The position numbers and the translations under genes are program-made. This document shows, piece by piece, positions 1-11,730 of a stretch of 64,000 bases of DNA. This DNA is from Obrimoposthia wandeli (Eukaryota). How positions within the stretch are numbered: position 1 is the stretch's first letter; each line of letters begins with the position of its first letter. The notes below the pieces were generated by a model that was not told where the DNA came from, searched no databases, and saw only the letters and a list, made by a program, of their open reading frames with translations. Where the stretch lies: contig CDROCS010004136.1 in NCBI GenBank assembly GCA_977020255.1, positions 1-64,000 on the forward strand, given 5' to 3'.

Positions 1-330
1 TACCACAGTTAAAACTAGAAGAGTTAATAGAAATTGACTCTAGAATTGGATTGAATATAGCTTATTTTCTAGCTAATTATATTTATACCAGCCAAAAATA
101 TATGAAAGCGTAACTGTGGCTTATGTCACTGAGTGAAAGTGGCTGAACTTTCGGCCTCCAGCTCAGCTTTTAAGCCGATGCAGGTAATGAAATTCGTCGA
201 TCAATCTGAACTAGCATCTATGTTAGGTGTAACAAAAGAAGCTATTGGAATAAATTTGAAATTTCTAAAGAATAAAGAAATAATAAAACTAGGGTATCGA
301 AAAATAATTTACTTAGGCGACTACAAGTAA
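1..330 (+). pseudogene. Crp/Fnr-family transcriptional regulator, C-terminal part (5' end outside window; disrupted near 110-145)
   Basis: QSELASMLGVTKEAIGINLKFLKNKEIIKLGYRKI fits a Crp-type HTH. The upstream frame (LEELIEIDSRIGLNIAYFLANY) looks like the Crp C-helix but stops at about 111 and needs frameshifts to join the HTH. Confidence 0.55.
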
Positions 331-512
331 ATATTTTATTAAATGTGTTAGATAGTTATGAAGCTGTTTACTTAAAGGGGAATCGTCTTTATTTTTATAC
401 TAAGTGTATAGTATGCTGTTTAAAATACGTTTATTTTAAACAGCATCATAGAAATCATCAGATTAATGATAAATTCAATTTAATTTTTGTAAACTTATTA
501 AAAATTTTAAAC

Positions 513-3500
513 TCAACTAAAATCTTTATGCGCGTAATTTTCTTCTAAGGTTTTGGCCAGCATTGAACTCATCAGTGCGCGTAGTGCGATAGGTTTGATA
601 ACCTTTCTCAAATAACCTATCTCTGCGGTTTGTGTGCGCTCAATAACCTTGTCATCGGTGGTGGCGGTAATCAAAATGGCGGGAATCGCGTATTGGCTCA
701 GTGACTGTAAATGCTGAATTAGCGCGATACCATCATATTGATACACCGAAGTACTCTGCATTGAGGTCGCTGATATATGAGCATCGCTTTGCAATTGAAA
801 ATCAACCAGTAAGAAGTCGAAATAGTTTTCGTGATCGCTAAATAAATCGATGGCGTGTTGAGCATCGAGAGCACAATGTACTTCACACTTCCACGCACTT
901 AATAAATCATGCATGCCGTTTAAAATACTCTGCTCGTTATCAATACACAGCACTTTTACCCCTTGTAAGCTGGCGATGGCTAGTGGTTTTTTGAGCGGCG
1001 CAATGAAAGGAGTACTGGCAATAGGTACGTCAATGCTGAACATGCAGCCGCGTCCTTCAATCGATTTCAGGTCGATTTGATGGCCGAGTAATTGAGCTAA
1101 ACTGCGCGCGATGTTCAATCCTAAACCTAGGCCTTTTGGGCCTATTGCTTGGGGGTTAGCTAATTGCGTAAATTGCTCAAAAACCTGTTGTTGTTTATCA
1201 CTGGGGATACCGGGGCCGGTATCGATCACTTGAATAGATAAGTAATCGGCGTGGCGTCTACAGCCGAGTAAAACCGTGGCGGAGTTGGCATAGCTATGCG
1301 GCTGTTTTGCAAAAATTCTTATCAATAATATCTGAGTAATGTCATGTCACTTTTAATGTATAAACCGCTAGAGACACAGCGAAAGTCCACATCGTATTCT
1401 TTGGTTAAAGGACTAAACTCTAAAGAGAGCATGTCAAAGAGTTGTTGTAGGGCAATAGGCTTTATAACAGGGCTAATATTACCGCTTTCAATACGCGCTA
1501 TTTCATTAAGGTCTAGCAATAAGTTATTGGCTATTTCTAAAGAGCTATCGATCTGTTTCATTTGTTTGCGTGTTCTGGTCTGTCGACAAGTGCCTGCAAG
1601 CCAATAGCGAGCATGAAAGTGACGCGCTGCGGACAGTGGTTGCAATAAGTCGTGGCTGCAGGCTTTTAGATATTGGCTCTTTTTGAAATTTGCCTGCTCC
1701 GCTTTGCGCCTTGCCGCCGCGAGTTCTTCATTGGCTTGTGCCAATTCATTGTTGGCTTGCTCTAATTGCTCGGTGCGCGAGAGGACTCTGCTCTCAAGAT
1801 CGTCGTTCTCTTCTTTTAAGTGCTCTTGGGCTTGGCGATAAACGGTTATATCGCTAAATATCATCACAAAACCACCGCCGGGAATAGGGTTGCCCTCTAT
1901 ATGGATCGTCATGCCGTTATCTAGCTTGCGTTCAGAGCTGTGGCGGCTTCCCTCGCGAATATATTGTAAGCGCTTTTGTACTTGCTCATTGAGGTTGGCA
2001 GCGTACTTTGGGCGTGTACTTAAGTTGTAGCGGATTAATTGGCTGATCGGGCTACCGATGTAAATAAACTCTGTTGGAAATTGAAAAATATCTAAATAGC
2101 GTTGATTCCATGCCACCAGCTTTAGTTCACTGTCGATAACAGAGATGCCTTCACTGGCATTCTCGATAGCACTTTGTAATACGGTGCGGCTAAAGGCTAG
2201 CTGTTGGTTTGAGCTCTCTTCGACCAGTTGAGCTACTTGGTCAAAGGCCATATCTTGCCCACCCATGGCAAAAGAGGTCACCAGTTTGGCAGAGGCAGAA
2301 CCCAGTACTGAGGCTAAGGTGGTTTCGGCGTGAATAATGAGTGCTTCATCAAAATCTTTAGCGGCTAAATGATGGTGTTTTTGACTGAATTTTTTAAAGG
2401 ATTCTCCGGCTTTATCAGCACCAATAAAACGGGCAACTAAAAACTCCAGTTCATGCACATCAACCTTAGGCTGTTTTGGCAAACTCCACTGGGTCTCTTT
2501 GCGCTCAGGGTAAAAGTACTTACTCTGCATTTGCTCGCGCAAGCTTTGTCGTGTGGCGTTGGAAATAATCCACATCACAAAAAAGTTTAACACTAATCCG
2601 ACAAGTGTGATGACCGTTGTGCCTGGATAAGGCGAGTCTTTTAACAGATGCGGATAGGCGCCTAACTGGGGTAAAAAATTAAACGCAAGCCAAATACTAA
2701 AGCCCACTAATAAGCCGCTAAGCACTCCGGTTAAGGTTGCTCTACGCCAAAAGAATGCGGCGAACAGTACGGGGCCTATTTGGGCAATGGCGCCAAAGGC
2801 AATTTCACCCAGCGAGGAGAGCGTATCGGGGGGGGAGAGTAATAACAAGCTAAAGCTTAGGGCGATAACTAACAACACCAACAGCTTGCGGATAATCAGT
2901 AAGTGGGATTGAAAGTGATTAAAGTCGTTGTGCTGTCGGCGCGAGTATTTAAAAATCAGCGGAAAGACAATTTCATTACTCAGCATGGTACTCAACGCAA
3001 GTGTTGAGACGATCACCATAGAGCTGGCGGCCGATATAGCGCCGATGAAAGCGAATAAAGATAGCCATAGCTCACCGTTGTAAGCGGGCAAAAACAGTGC
3101 GTAAGCATCCGCCGGTAGCGAATCACCGTAATTGATATAACCAGCGAGACCAATAGGCGCTGCAAAAAACGCAAAAATAATGACGTAAAAAGGTACAAAC
3201 CAGCGTGAAAGGTTGGCGTATTTACTCTCTTTTATTTCGACAAACATCACTTGAAACTGTCGGGGCAAACATAAAAGTTAAGTGAGCTGGCGATCGTACC
3301 AATTGTCCCCAAAATACTTACAATATTACTCGAAGCTGAACTGCCTATGGTTCAAATCAATGTGGGCGTAGCAAGAGGGCTGCGGGTTATTTGAGTGGGA
3401 GAGTCGAAAATAAAATATGAGACATAGATACCAACCATAATAAAAGCGATTAATTTGATAAAGGATTCAAAGGCAATCGCAATCATCACCCCGGGATGGC

Positions 3501-4041
3501 GCTCGCTAATATCAATGGTGCGCACGCCGAATAAAATGGTGAAGCCCGTTAAAATAATACTGACGATTAAACCGAGCTGCCACACCGGTAAATTATGGTT
3601 TTGTTGCAAGATGATATAGGAATAGACAATCGCTTTTAGCTGTAAAGCGATGTAAGGCATAGTACCGATCAGCGCGACAAAGGTGACCACAATAGCCAAT
3701 TTTTGCGACTTGCCGAAACGTGCTGAGAGTAAATCGGCAATGGAGGTGATATTGAGTTTTAAACTGACCTTTATCATGCGCTGCACAAATGGCCAGCCAA
3801 ATATAAACAGCAATACCGGTGCTGCATACAAAGATAGATAACTGAAGGAGCCATGGGCTGCTTGCGCGGCGGTCCCCAAGAACCCCCAAGAAGTACAGTA
3901 AACTCCCAAGGACAGTGCATAAATAATACTGTGCTGACTAGCTGCTAGTTTATGACGGTACTTGCCACCTAAGTGCGCTAGCAAAAATAATAGACTGATA
4001 TAGCCAATGCTGACACTGACCAGTAACCAATTTGAAAACAT
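513..4041 (-). CDS. crbS: CrbS/MxtR-type hybrid sensor kinase (SLC5 symporter-like domain, PAS, HisKA/HATPase, REC), split into 3 ORFs by indel patches
   Basis: N-terminal YALSLGVYCTSWGFLG and GTMPYIALQLKAI, then LPRQFQVMFVE, PAS (LVAWNQRYL...GGGFVMIFSDIT), H-box SHDLLQPL, G-boxes DTGPGI and GLGLGL, and a REC domain. The joined span of about 1175 codons matches full-length CrbS. Breaks lie near 3270-3400 and 1280-1330. Confidence 0.85.
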
Positions 4042-4125
4042 AAGCGCGCTAACCGTCTGATAATACAAAGCTTAAATCTATCATATCTACAGAATAATTA
4101 ACGACTATCAATCACTCATTATGCC

Positions 4126-4169
4126 TAGTCCTTAAGTACTAGGCGTTTAGTACTGCACCTTAAGGACTA
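4126..4169. promoter_or_regulatory. Two 7-2-7 palindromic sites, candidate operators for a LuxR/NarL-type (CrbR-like) regulator
   Basis: TAGTCCT-TA-AGTACTA (4126-4141) and TGCACCT-TA-AGGACTA (4154-4169) lie in the divergent crbS/ABC intergenic region and share the CCTTAAG core. Confidence 0.45.
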
Positions 4170-4254
4170 CTCCCTATCGCCGATTGTGACTTTTGATCAC
4201 TCATTTAAAATTCAATGATTATTCGAGGTTTTTAAAGTTTTATTGGGAGAGCAT

Positions 4255-5078
4255 ATGAGTGAGTCAATACTCAAGGTCGAGCAAGTATCGTTAGCATTTG
4301 GGGGTGTTAAGGCACTGACAGATGTGAGCTTTGAGGTTAAAAAGGGCAGTGTTTTTTCTATTATCGGCCCCAACGGGGCGGGAAAAACCTCGATGCTTAA
4401 TTGTATCTCAGGACGCTATCAGCCTCAGCACGGCAACATTATTTTTCAAAATCAATCTGTCACCCACCTAGACCCCAATGATCGAGCCAAGTCTGGTATG
4501 GGTCGCACCTTTCAGAACCTCGCCTTGTTTGGCCATTTATCGGTACTGGATAACATCATGGTAGGCAGACATCATCTACTTAAGAATAACTGGTTATCGG
4601 GGCCTATCTACTGGGCATCCGGGGCGCAAAAAGAAGAATTAGCGCACCGCAAAGTGGTCGAGGAAATTATTGATTTCCTCGAAATATCTCATATCAGAAA
4701 GTCGATCGCTGGCACGCTTTCCTACGGCTTACGCAAAAGAGTAGAGCTGGCTAGAGCCATGGCACTCAATCCGAAAATGATTTTGCTCGATGAGCCAATG
4801 GCGGGAATGAACCTAGAAGAAAAAGAGGATATGGCCCGCTATATCCTAGATTTAAATGAAGAGTTTGATATTACCGTCGTGATGATCGAACACGACATGG
4901 GCGTGGTGATGGATATCTCCCATGAAGTGATGGTGTTGGATTTTGGTAAAAAGTTGATTTGCGGATTACCTGATGAAGTGCGATGGTTGACCCCGCAAAC
5001 GTGCTTCCATTCGGTATTGATGACGACGAGATGCAAGAGTATGAGCGCGCTGCAGATGAAATGGAGGAGGCCAGCTAA
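4255..5078 (+). CDS. Branched-chain-type ABC transporter ATPase (LivG-like); C-terminus frameshifted in the given sequence
   Basis: Walker A GPNGAGKT, LSYGLRKRVELARA, ILLDEP and IEHDM. RBS GGAGAG precedes ATG 4255. The likely true acidic tail (DDDEMQEYERAADEMEEAS*) is in another frame and ends at TAA 5076-5078, overlapping the next ATG. Confidence 0.85.
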
Positions 5079-5985
5079 TGAAAAATGATTTCGAAATGGG
5101 TGAGTTTGATACCTTCCCAAAAATATTAAGACACAATGCTAAAAACTGGCCAGATAACATCGCCATGCGAGAGAAGGAACTTGGCATATGGAGCGAGTTT
5201 AGCTGGTTTCAATACCAGCAGCGGGTGAAGTGGCTCTCATTAACCTTAGTGAAACTAGGGCAGAGAAGGAGATGGCCGGTAACTGCTAGGCGACAATCGA
5301 CCGAGCCTGGTCTGGTGAAATTGCCGCGAACTTCGGCGATTCTATACCACAGGTGAAAATTATTGTTTATTGCGATCCAAGAGGGCTGCGTAAATATGAC
5401 GATCCGCGTTTAGTGAGTATTGAGGATATCTATGCCCAAGGGCGAGAGATAGAGCATTTGTCTCCTGAACTTTACGACACTTATGTCGATGCAACTACCG
5501 CTGAGAGCACGGCTATTTACTGCACGACTTCTGGCACGACATCAATGCCAAAAATTGTCCTACTCAGCGGTGGCAATTTCGTTAAACATTGTAGTGCCTA
5601 TTTACGCGCAGATCCTCGTGATGCGGGTGACAACTATGTATCAGTGCTGCCGCTGCCGTGGATCATGGAGCAAGTGTACGCGATAGGCCAAGCGTTAATT
5701 GCTCGCCAGATAGTCAATTTTGTCGAAGAGCAGCAAACATTGATGCATGACCTGCGTGAGATAGGTCCCAGTTTTGTGCTGTTAGCACCGCGAGTGAGTA
5801 TTCGCGGATGTGTGCACGCATGACATAAAAGCCCATAGCGATATCGAGAAAGTAGATATTGATACCGTAATTACTTTCCAAGACGGTAGTCATTCCCGTA
5901 TTAAAACCCAGTTGCAAGTGGCGACGTTGATAGGAAGTGACAATCTTAATACACCTTCTGAATCATTGATTAGGAGAGCATCATG
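5078..5985 (+). pseudogene. Long-chain acyl-CoA synthetase-like (AMP-binding) gene with indels and a large internal deletion near 5796
   Basis: DTFPKILRHNAKNWP...AMREKELGIW, TTSGTTSMPK and LPLPWIMEQ, then after FVLLAPRV a direct jump to a C-terminal segment (HDIKAHSDIEKVDIDTVITFQDGSHSRIKTQL). Only about 300 codons remain of a protein that is usually about 650 aa. Confidence 0.75.
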
Positions 5986-6876
5986 AACTTTGAATTATTG
6001 CTGCAATTGATTATCAACGGACTGATTGTCGGCTTGCTTTATGGGGTGATTGGCATGTGTTTTGTGCTGGTATATAAATCCACCAAAATAGTCAACTTCG
6101 CCCAAGGCGAGTTCTTGCTGATAGGCGCTTGGGTGTGCTGGGCGGCATTAGTGTATTTTGAGTTACCCTTTTTCTTAGGTTTTATTTTAACGCTCTGTTT
6201 CATGGCGGTCTTTGGCATCTTGCTGCAAATGGTTGTGTTAAGGCCGATGATCGGGGAGCCGATTATTTCGGTAATTATGATTACCATCGGCCTCTCCATC
6301 TTTTTCCAATCACTGATGAAGTGGATCTTTGGCGTATCCCCACAAAGTTATCCGCGAGTGTTTGATACAGAAAATATCAATATATTTGGCTTAAATATAG
6401 AGATGGCATATTTAATGAGTACAGTCATTGCTTTCATTATCATGAGCGCATTTTACTTCTTTTTCAAATACTCCAAACATGGCTTGGCAATGCGAGCGAC
6501 CGCTTTCGATCAACAGGTAGCGCAGAGTTTAGGCATCTCGGTAAAAAATGTATTTGCCATGAGCTGGGCAATAGCCGCTACCGTCTCCGCTACAGCAGGG
6601 ATCGTGTTGGGGATGGTTAATGGGGTTTCTGATTCACTCTCAATCATGGGTATTAAAGTTTTCCCCGCCGTTATTCTCGGTGGTTTGGACTCTATTGTTG
6701 GCGCCATCGTTGGCGGCGTTATTATCGGCGTATTGGAAAACGTCGCTGAATTCTTCGACAGCCAGTATCTACATATCGGCAACATGTATGACATCGCCCC
6801 ATTTTATGTATTGCTAATCATTCTCTGGTTCAAACCGTACGGCTTGTTTGGCACAAAAGATATCGAGCGTATTTGA
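5983..6876 (+). CDS. Branched-chain-type ABC transporter permease (LivH-like)
   Basis: LINGLIVGLLY...NFAQGE...GLAMRATAFDQQVAQSLGI...ILGGLDS; hydrophobic; RBS AGGAGAG. Confidence 0.92.
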   Translation: MNFELLLQLIINGLIVGLLYGVIGMCFVLVYKSTKIVNFAQGEFLLIGAWVCWAALVYFELPFFLGFILTLCFMAVFGILLQMVVLRPMIGEPIISVIMITIGLSIFFQSLMKWIFGVSPQSYPRVFDTENINIFGLNIEMAYLMSTVIAFIIMSAFYFFFKYSKHGLAMRATAFDQQVAQSLGISVKNVFAMSWAIAATVSATAGIVLGMVNGVSDSLSIMGIKVFPAVILGGLDSIVGAIVGGVIIGVLENVAEFFDSQYLHIGNMYDIAPFYVLLIILWFKPYGLFGTKDIERI

Positions 6877-6896
6877 TCAAATTACAGGAGTAAATC

Positions 6897-7960
6897 ATGT
6901 CAGAGTTAACGATGCGCCCGTGCGGAGATTTTCGTACCAGTTATCAGCAAGATAATACTATTTTCGAAACGAAGACCATTCGACTTATGGCAATAGCCGC
7001 TATTGCACTGCTGTGCTGTGCGCCTCTTTTCTTAGATGGCTATATTTTAACGTTGTGTATTCAGAAGCTACGTATTGCTATTTGGAGCAAGTGCTTTTGT
7101 ATTCATTGAGTTTTGGTTGGTTTACCAAAATTTACCTCGGGTCAGCTGTGGAGCCTTCTTTAAGTGCCTTTGCCTCGGCTTGGTTGAACAGTAGTTTTAA
7201 CATTCCGGTATTTTTGAGCATCCCTCTCGCCGGTTTTTTAACCATGGCAGTAGGAATGATGTTTGGTTTACCTGCCGCGAGAATTAAGGGCCTGTATTTG
7301 GCCATCGCCACACTGGCATCTCAATTTATTATTGAAGACTTTTTTGCCAGAGCCGATTGGTTTTCAGGCGGGCCTTACGGTGCATCAGCCGAGCCATTAA
7401 GTTTGTTTGGCTTTGCTTTTGATACGGATCAAAGCTTTTATTATGTGGCACTTTTTTCCCTGATAGTGATGTTTACCTGGGGCTGTAATTTGATGCGATC
7501 AAGAGATGGTCGTGCCTTTGTTGCACTGCGCGATCACTATTTATCAGCCGAGAGTTAATGGGGGATAAAGCCTCACAATAAGTATCGCAGCTCTTTGCAT
7601 CTCTTCGTTCTACGCAGGGGAAATTGCGCGCGCACTATCTAGGGTATGTCTCTGCCGAGGGTTTCACCATTTTCATGTCAATTCAGTTCTTAGCCATGAT
7701 TATTATCGGTGGCATGGGTTCGACGCGGGCACTTTACGGGCGTGTTTATGGTGTTTTACTCAGAGGTTCTAGAGGGCGGGGGTGAAAGCGTCTCAAAGAG
7801 ACAGATTAAAATAGTCTCTCTATGGGTTACCGACGCTTAGCTGGGCGAAATGGCCATCGGCTTAGTGATTATCGGGTTCTTGATTTTTGAACCAGATGGG
7901 CTAGCGCATCGTTGGGCACAGATCAAAAATTATTGGAAGTTTTACCCTTTTTCTTACTGA
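6897..7960 (+). CDS. Branched-chain-type ABC transporter permease (LivM-like), broken by garbled patches at about 7075-7140 and 7555-7860
   Basis: MRPCGDFRTSY, GLPAARIKGLYLAIATLA, RSRDGRAFVALRDH and C-terminal FEPDGLAHRWAQIKNYWKFYPFSY* read in shifting frames. Confidence 0.8.
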
Positions 7961-8069
7961 TCAATGATGTATGAAAATGACGTTTTAAAGCTTGAAATCA
8001 AAGCGCTGGCTAATTGTGGCTGGCTAATTTTAAAAGGCAGTCAGCCATTATTTATGAAGGAAGCTTGTA

Positions 8070-9344
8070 ATGAAAAAAATAATTAACAACAAAGCGAGTC
8101 AACATAAAATTTTATTTACCACGGCGTTAACCGCAGCGATCTTGAGTGTTTCAAGTCAAAGTTACGCCCAAGATTCAGTCTTTGTTGGACACTTAGCAGA
8201 TATGTCAGGACCCACTGCATTTATCGGTAAAGTGTATGCCAATGGTATTCGCGACTCTCTGGCGTATATTAACGCCAATGGCGGCATTGATGGCACCAAG
8301 TTAGAGTTTGAAACCATTGATTATGCCTACAAGGTACCACAGGCAATTGCCGCGTATAAAAAGTGGAAGTCACGTAAAAAAATGGTGGCGATGCAAGGCT
8401 GGGGCACAGCAGATACTGAGGCACTAATCTCGTTTGTCGCCAAAGATAAAACACCGGTTTATTCCGCATCTTACTCCGGACACCTCACAGACCCCACTGG
8501 CATAAACCCAAATACCAAAAAACCGGCGCCTTATAACTTCTTTTATGGAGCATCGTACTCTGATGCCTGTCGTGGATTGGTGCAGTGGGCTGCAGAAGAT
8601 TGGAAAAATAAAGGAGGAGAGGGTAAAGCGAAATTCACCCACATCGGTGCCAATCATCCTTATCCTAACGCACCAAAAGCGGCCTGCGGCGAGTATGCAG
8701 CAGAGCTAGGTTTTGATGTCCAAGTACCTGTGGTTGTCTCGATGAAGCCCGGTGATTTTAAAGCGCAGTGTTTGAGTATTAAAAGCAGTGGCTCAAATTA
8801 TGGATACCTAGGTAACTTAGGTGGTTCGGTACTCTCCCTACTGAAATCTTGTAAAACCGTTGGCACTGACATTCAGTTTATGTCAAACATCTGGGCAGGC
8901 GATAAGAAAACGTTTGCCGCGGCAGGCGATGGTATCAAAGATTACATTTTCCCTGCGATGACTCCCTTTTGGGATGACAAAGCGCCGGGTATGAAGCTGG
9001 TACGCGAAATATCGAAGATGTCAGATGAAGGCGGTAAAAAAGAGCGCTTGCATCACTACATTCGCGGCGTCTGCTCGACCTACTTTATGAAAGAGGCGAT
9101 GCAGTGGGCCAAGGCGAATGGAGGCATTACGGGAGAAAATATCAAGAAAGGCATGTATGTGAAGTCCGACTGGGTGCCACAAGGATTGGAAGGCGTGTGT
9201 CTGGCTGCAAACTGGACGGATAAGGATCATCGCGGTATCAATCAGGTGAATATCTATAAAGGCAACAACATTGAGGGTAACGTGACGATCGATAAAGTCT
9301 CAACAGTGACTCTTAAACGTCGTGATGACTGGTTGGGTTATTAA
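8070..9344 (+). CDS. ABC transporter substrate-binding protein (LivJ/PBP type 1 family)
   Basis: Signal peptide ending SQSYA-Q, DMSGPT, DYAYKVPQA, GWGTADT; intact 424 aa ORF. Confidence 0.9.
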   Translation: MKKIINNKASQHKILFTTALTAAILSVSSQSYAQDSVFVGHLADMSGPTAFIGKVYANGIRDSLAYINANGGIDGTKLEFETIDYAYKVPQAIAAYKKWKSRKKMVAMQGWGTADTEALISFVAKDKTPVYSASYSGHLTDPTGINPNTKKPAPYNFFYGASYSDACRGLVQWAAEDWKNKGGEGKAKFTHIGANHPYPNAPKAACGEYAAELGFDVQVPVVVSMKPGDFKAQCLSIKSSGSNYGYLGNLGGSVLSLLKSCKTVGTDIQFMSNIWAGDKKTFAAAGDGIKDYIFPAMTPFWDDKAPGMKLVREISKMSDEGGKKERLHHYIRGVCSTYFMKEAMQWAKANGGITGENIKKGMYVKSDWVPQGLEGVCLAANWTDKDHRGINQVNIYKGNNIEGNVTIDKVSTVTLKRRDDWLGY

Positions 9345-9364
9345 GAGCTCCTAAAAGCTATAAA

Positions 9365-9409
9365 GAGCACAAAGTGTCAGCCGAATGCAGTTCGGGGTTG
9401 GCATTGCTC
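9365..9409 (+). other. Intercistronic stem-loop downstream of the substrate-binding protein gene
   Basis: GAGCA...TGTCAGCC-GAA-tgcag-TTC-g-GGTTGGCA...TGCTC can fold into a long hairpin, a typical mRNA-stabilising element after SBP genes. Confidence 0.4.
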
Positions 9410-9497
9410 TGTAATAATCTCGCGAAGTATTAAACGCTTTGCATTACATCAGATGCGAGGGAGTCGAAGATTTCCTCGCTTAATAATTGGAGCGGTT

Positions 9498-10319
9498 ATG
9501 TCACAAACAGCAGCCAAAAAAGCGCCAGCGACGCCGTTATTGTCGGTGAATAATATTGAGGTTGTTTACGATGATGTTATTCAAGTGCTGCGCGGGGTAT
9601 CACTCGAAGTACCAGAGGGTGAAGTTGTCACTTTGCTCGGGCCAAATGGTGCGGGAAAATCGACCACGCTGAAGGCTATTTCAGGACTGATTAAAACCGA
9701 AGACGGTGAAGTAACCCGTGGCGATATTCACTTTCAAGGCGAGCGTATCGATAAAAAATACGCCGACGAGATCGTGCGCAGCGGCATATTCCAAGTGATG
9801 GAAGGGCGACGTATTATTGAGGATATGACTTCGTTAGAAAATCTTAAACTTGGTGCCTATACCCGTAATGATGCCAATATTAAGTCAGATATTGAAATGG
9901 TTTATCATTATTTTCCACGCCTCAAAGAGCGCACGGGTTTAGCGGGTTATCTATCGGGAGGCGAGCAGCAGATGTTGGCCATAGGTCGCGCCTTGATGGC
10001 CAAGCCTAAAATGATTTGCCTGGATGAACCTTCGATGGGGTTGTCGCCATTACTGGTCAAAGAAGTATTTAGCATCATTAAAAAAATCAATAAAGATCAA
10101 GGTATTACCATGTTGCTGGTGGAGCAAAACGCCAACTATGCACTACGTGCAGCGGACTATGGTTATATCATGGAATCAGGAAAGATTGTTCTTGATGGCA
10201 GCACTGAGCAATTGATGAATAATGAAGATGTGAAAGAATTTTATTTAGGCGGTGGCAACGAGGAGCGCAAGAGCTTTAAAAACCTCAAGTCTTATAAGCG
10301 ACGCAAGCGTTGGTTATAA
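9498..10319 (+). CDS. Branched-chain-type ABC transporter ATPase (LivF-like)
   Basis: GPNGAGKST, LSGGEQQMLAIGRAL, LDEPSMGL, VEQNA; RBS GGAG precedes ATG 9498. Confidence 0.93.
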   Translation: MSQTAAKKAPATPLLSVNNIEVVYDDVIQVLRGVSLEVPEGEVVTLLGPNGAGKSTTLKAISGLIKTEDGEVTRGDIHFQGERIDKKYADEIVRSGIFQVMEGRRIIEDMTSLENLKLGAYTRNDANIKSDIEMVYHYFPRLKERTGLAGYLSGGEQQMLAIGRALMAKPKMICLDEPSMGLSPLLVKEVFSIIKKINKDQGITMLLVEQNANYALRAADYGYIMESGKIVLDGSTEQLMNNEDVKEFYLGGGNEERKSFKNLKSYKRRKRWL

Positions 10320-10352
10320 AGCCACCATGATAGATAAATTAAGCGAGATATT

Positions 10353-11579
10353 ATGAGTCAGTATTTTAGCCCCCAAGAAACCTTAGAGAGTGCTGTTCGC
10401 GAGGAACAGCTCGTTGCGCAATTAGCCGAGTTTGTTGGCTACGCAAAAGCGCATAGCCAATACTACAACGAGTTGCTGGCAGCGTTTTCACCAAGTGATA
10501 TAACGAGTCGTGAAATGTTAGCGAGATTACCGCTAACCAGAAAATCGGATTTAATTGCGCTGCAGGCGAACACACCACCCTTCGCCAATGTTAATGCAAC
10601 AACGGCACCCCTTGATAGACTTTATCAATCACCGGGGCCGATCAATGAATTTGAAAGTACTCAAAGTGATTGGTGGCGTTTGGGCCAAGCTTTTTATGCC
10701 GCTGGTTTTAGAGCGGGCGATAAAGTGCAAAACTGCCTGTCATACCATTTAACCCCTGGCGGTTTTATTTTAGATTCGGGAGCGCGCGCCTGTGGCTGTT
10801 CAGTTATCCCCGCAGGGCCTGGACAAACAGAGCGGTGCTGAGTATCGGCGGCTTCAAACCCCGCGTTACCGGAACGCCTTCTTTTTGGGTGTCACTGCTC
10901 GGATAAAGCATCACAAACACAGCGTGATGTCTCTAGTATTGACAAGGCTTTGCTCACCGGTGAAGCGTACTTTCCTGCATTGCGAGCTGAGTTTAAAGCC
11001 GCTGGTATACTGGCGTTACAAGCCTATGCAACAGCAGACGTCGGTTTGATTGCCTATGAAAGTGATCCGCACGAAGGGCTTATTGTTGCAGAAAATATTA
11101 TTGTTGAGATTGTTAGACCTGGTTCGAACGAGCTTGTTGCCCCCGGGGAGATTGGCGAGGTAGTCGTTACCAGTTTTAACCGTGACTATCCGCTAATACG
11201 TTTTGCCACCGGTGATTTATCAGCGATGCTACCCGGGTTCAGTGCATGCGGTCGCACCAACCAGCGAATCAAAGGCTGGTTGGGGCGAGCCGATCAAACC
11301 ACTAAAGTAAAAGGTATGTTTGTCCACCCACAGCAAATTGAAAAAATCCGCTTAGCGCACCCAGAAATCCTCAAAGCTAAACTGCTGGTTAGCCAAAAAA
11401 ATTATAATGATCACATGCTGTTACAGTGCGAAGTGGTGGTATCCGAAAGTACTCAAAAAGGGTTAAAGCTACAAATAGCTTCCAGCTTAAAACAGATTAC
11501 TTATCTTAATGGCGAAGTGGAATTACACAGTGCTGGCGCGTTACTTGATGATGGCAAAGTCATTGATGATTTAAGGTGA
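10353..11579 (+). CDS. Phenylacetate-CoA ligase (PaaK)-like adenylate-forming protein, frameshifted at about 10830-10930
   Basis: LPLTRKSDL, YQSPGPINE, SYHLTPGG, IPAGPGQTE, then LTGEA, QAYATADVG, GEVVVT, PLIRFATGDLS and VKGMFVHP in two ORFs. Confidence 0.8.
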
Positions 11580-11730
11580 GAGAAGCTGGATGAGGCGTTA
11601 TACACGTAAGGACTTGTGTTGGATTTTGGCTCAAGGGAATCGTTAACAGAATATTGCAAGTGGTACACCTAGTTGAGAGACGTTCTGGATGGACAGGGTG
11701 TATCGCTCTCATCGAAAATTGGAGAATGTT

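Noticed and set aside
345-548. 67-aa ORF in AT-rich DNA
   Set aside because: No RBS or recognisable motif, and it overlaps the crbS 3' end; likely spurious.
4185-4201. CRP-like site TGTGA...TCACT in the ABC promoter
   Set aside because: The spacer is 7 bp, not the required 6 bp, so I did not call it, although CRP co-regulation would be plausible.
8005-8029. Direct repeat GCTGGCTAATT x2 before the SBP gene
   Set aside because: Only two short copies, partly explained by a TGGCTGGC/GTCAGCCA hairpin; not an array.
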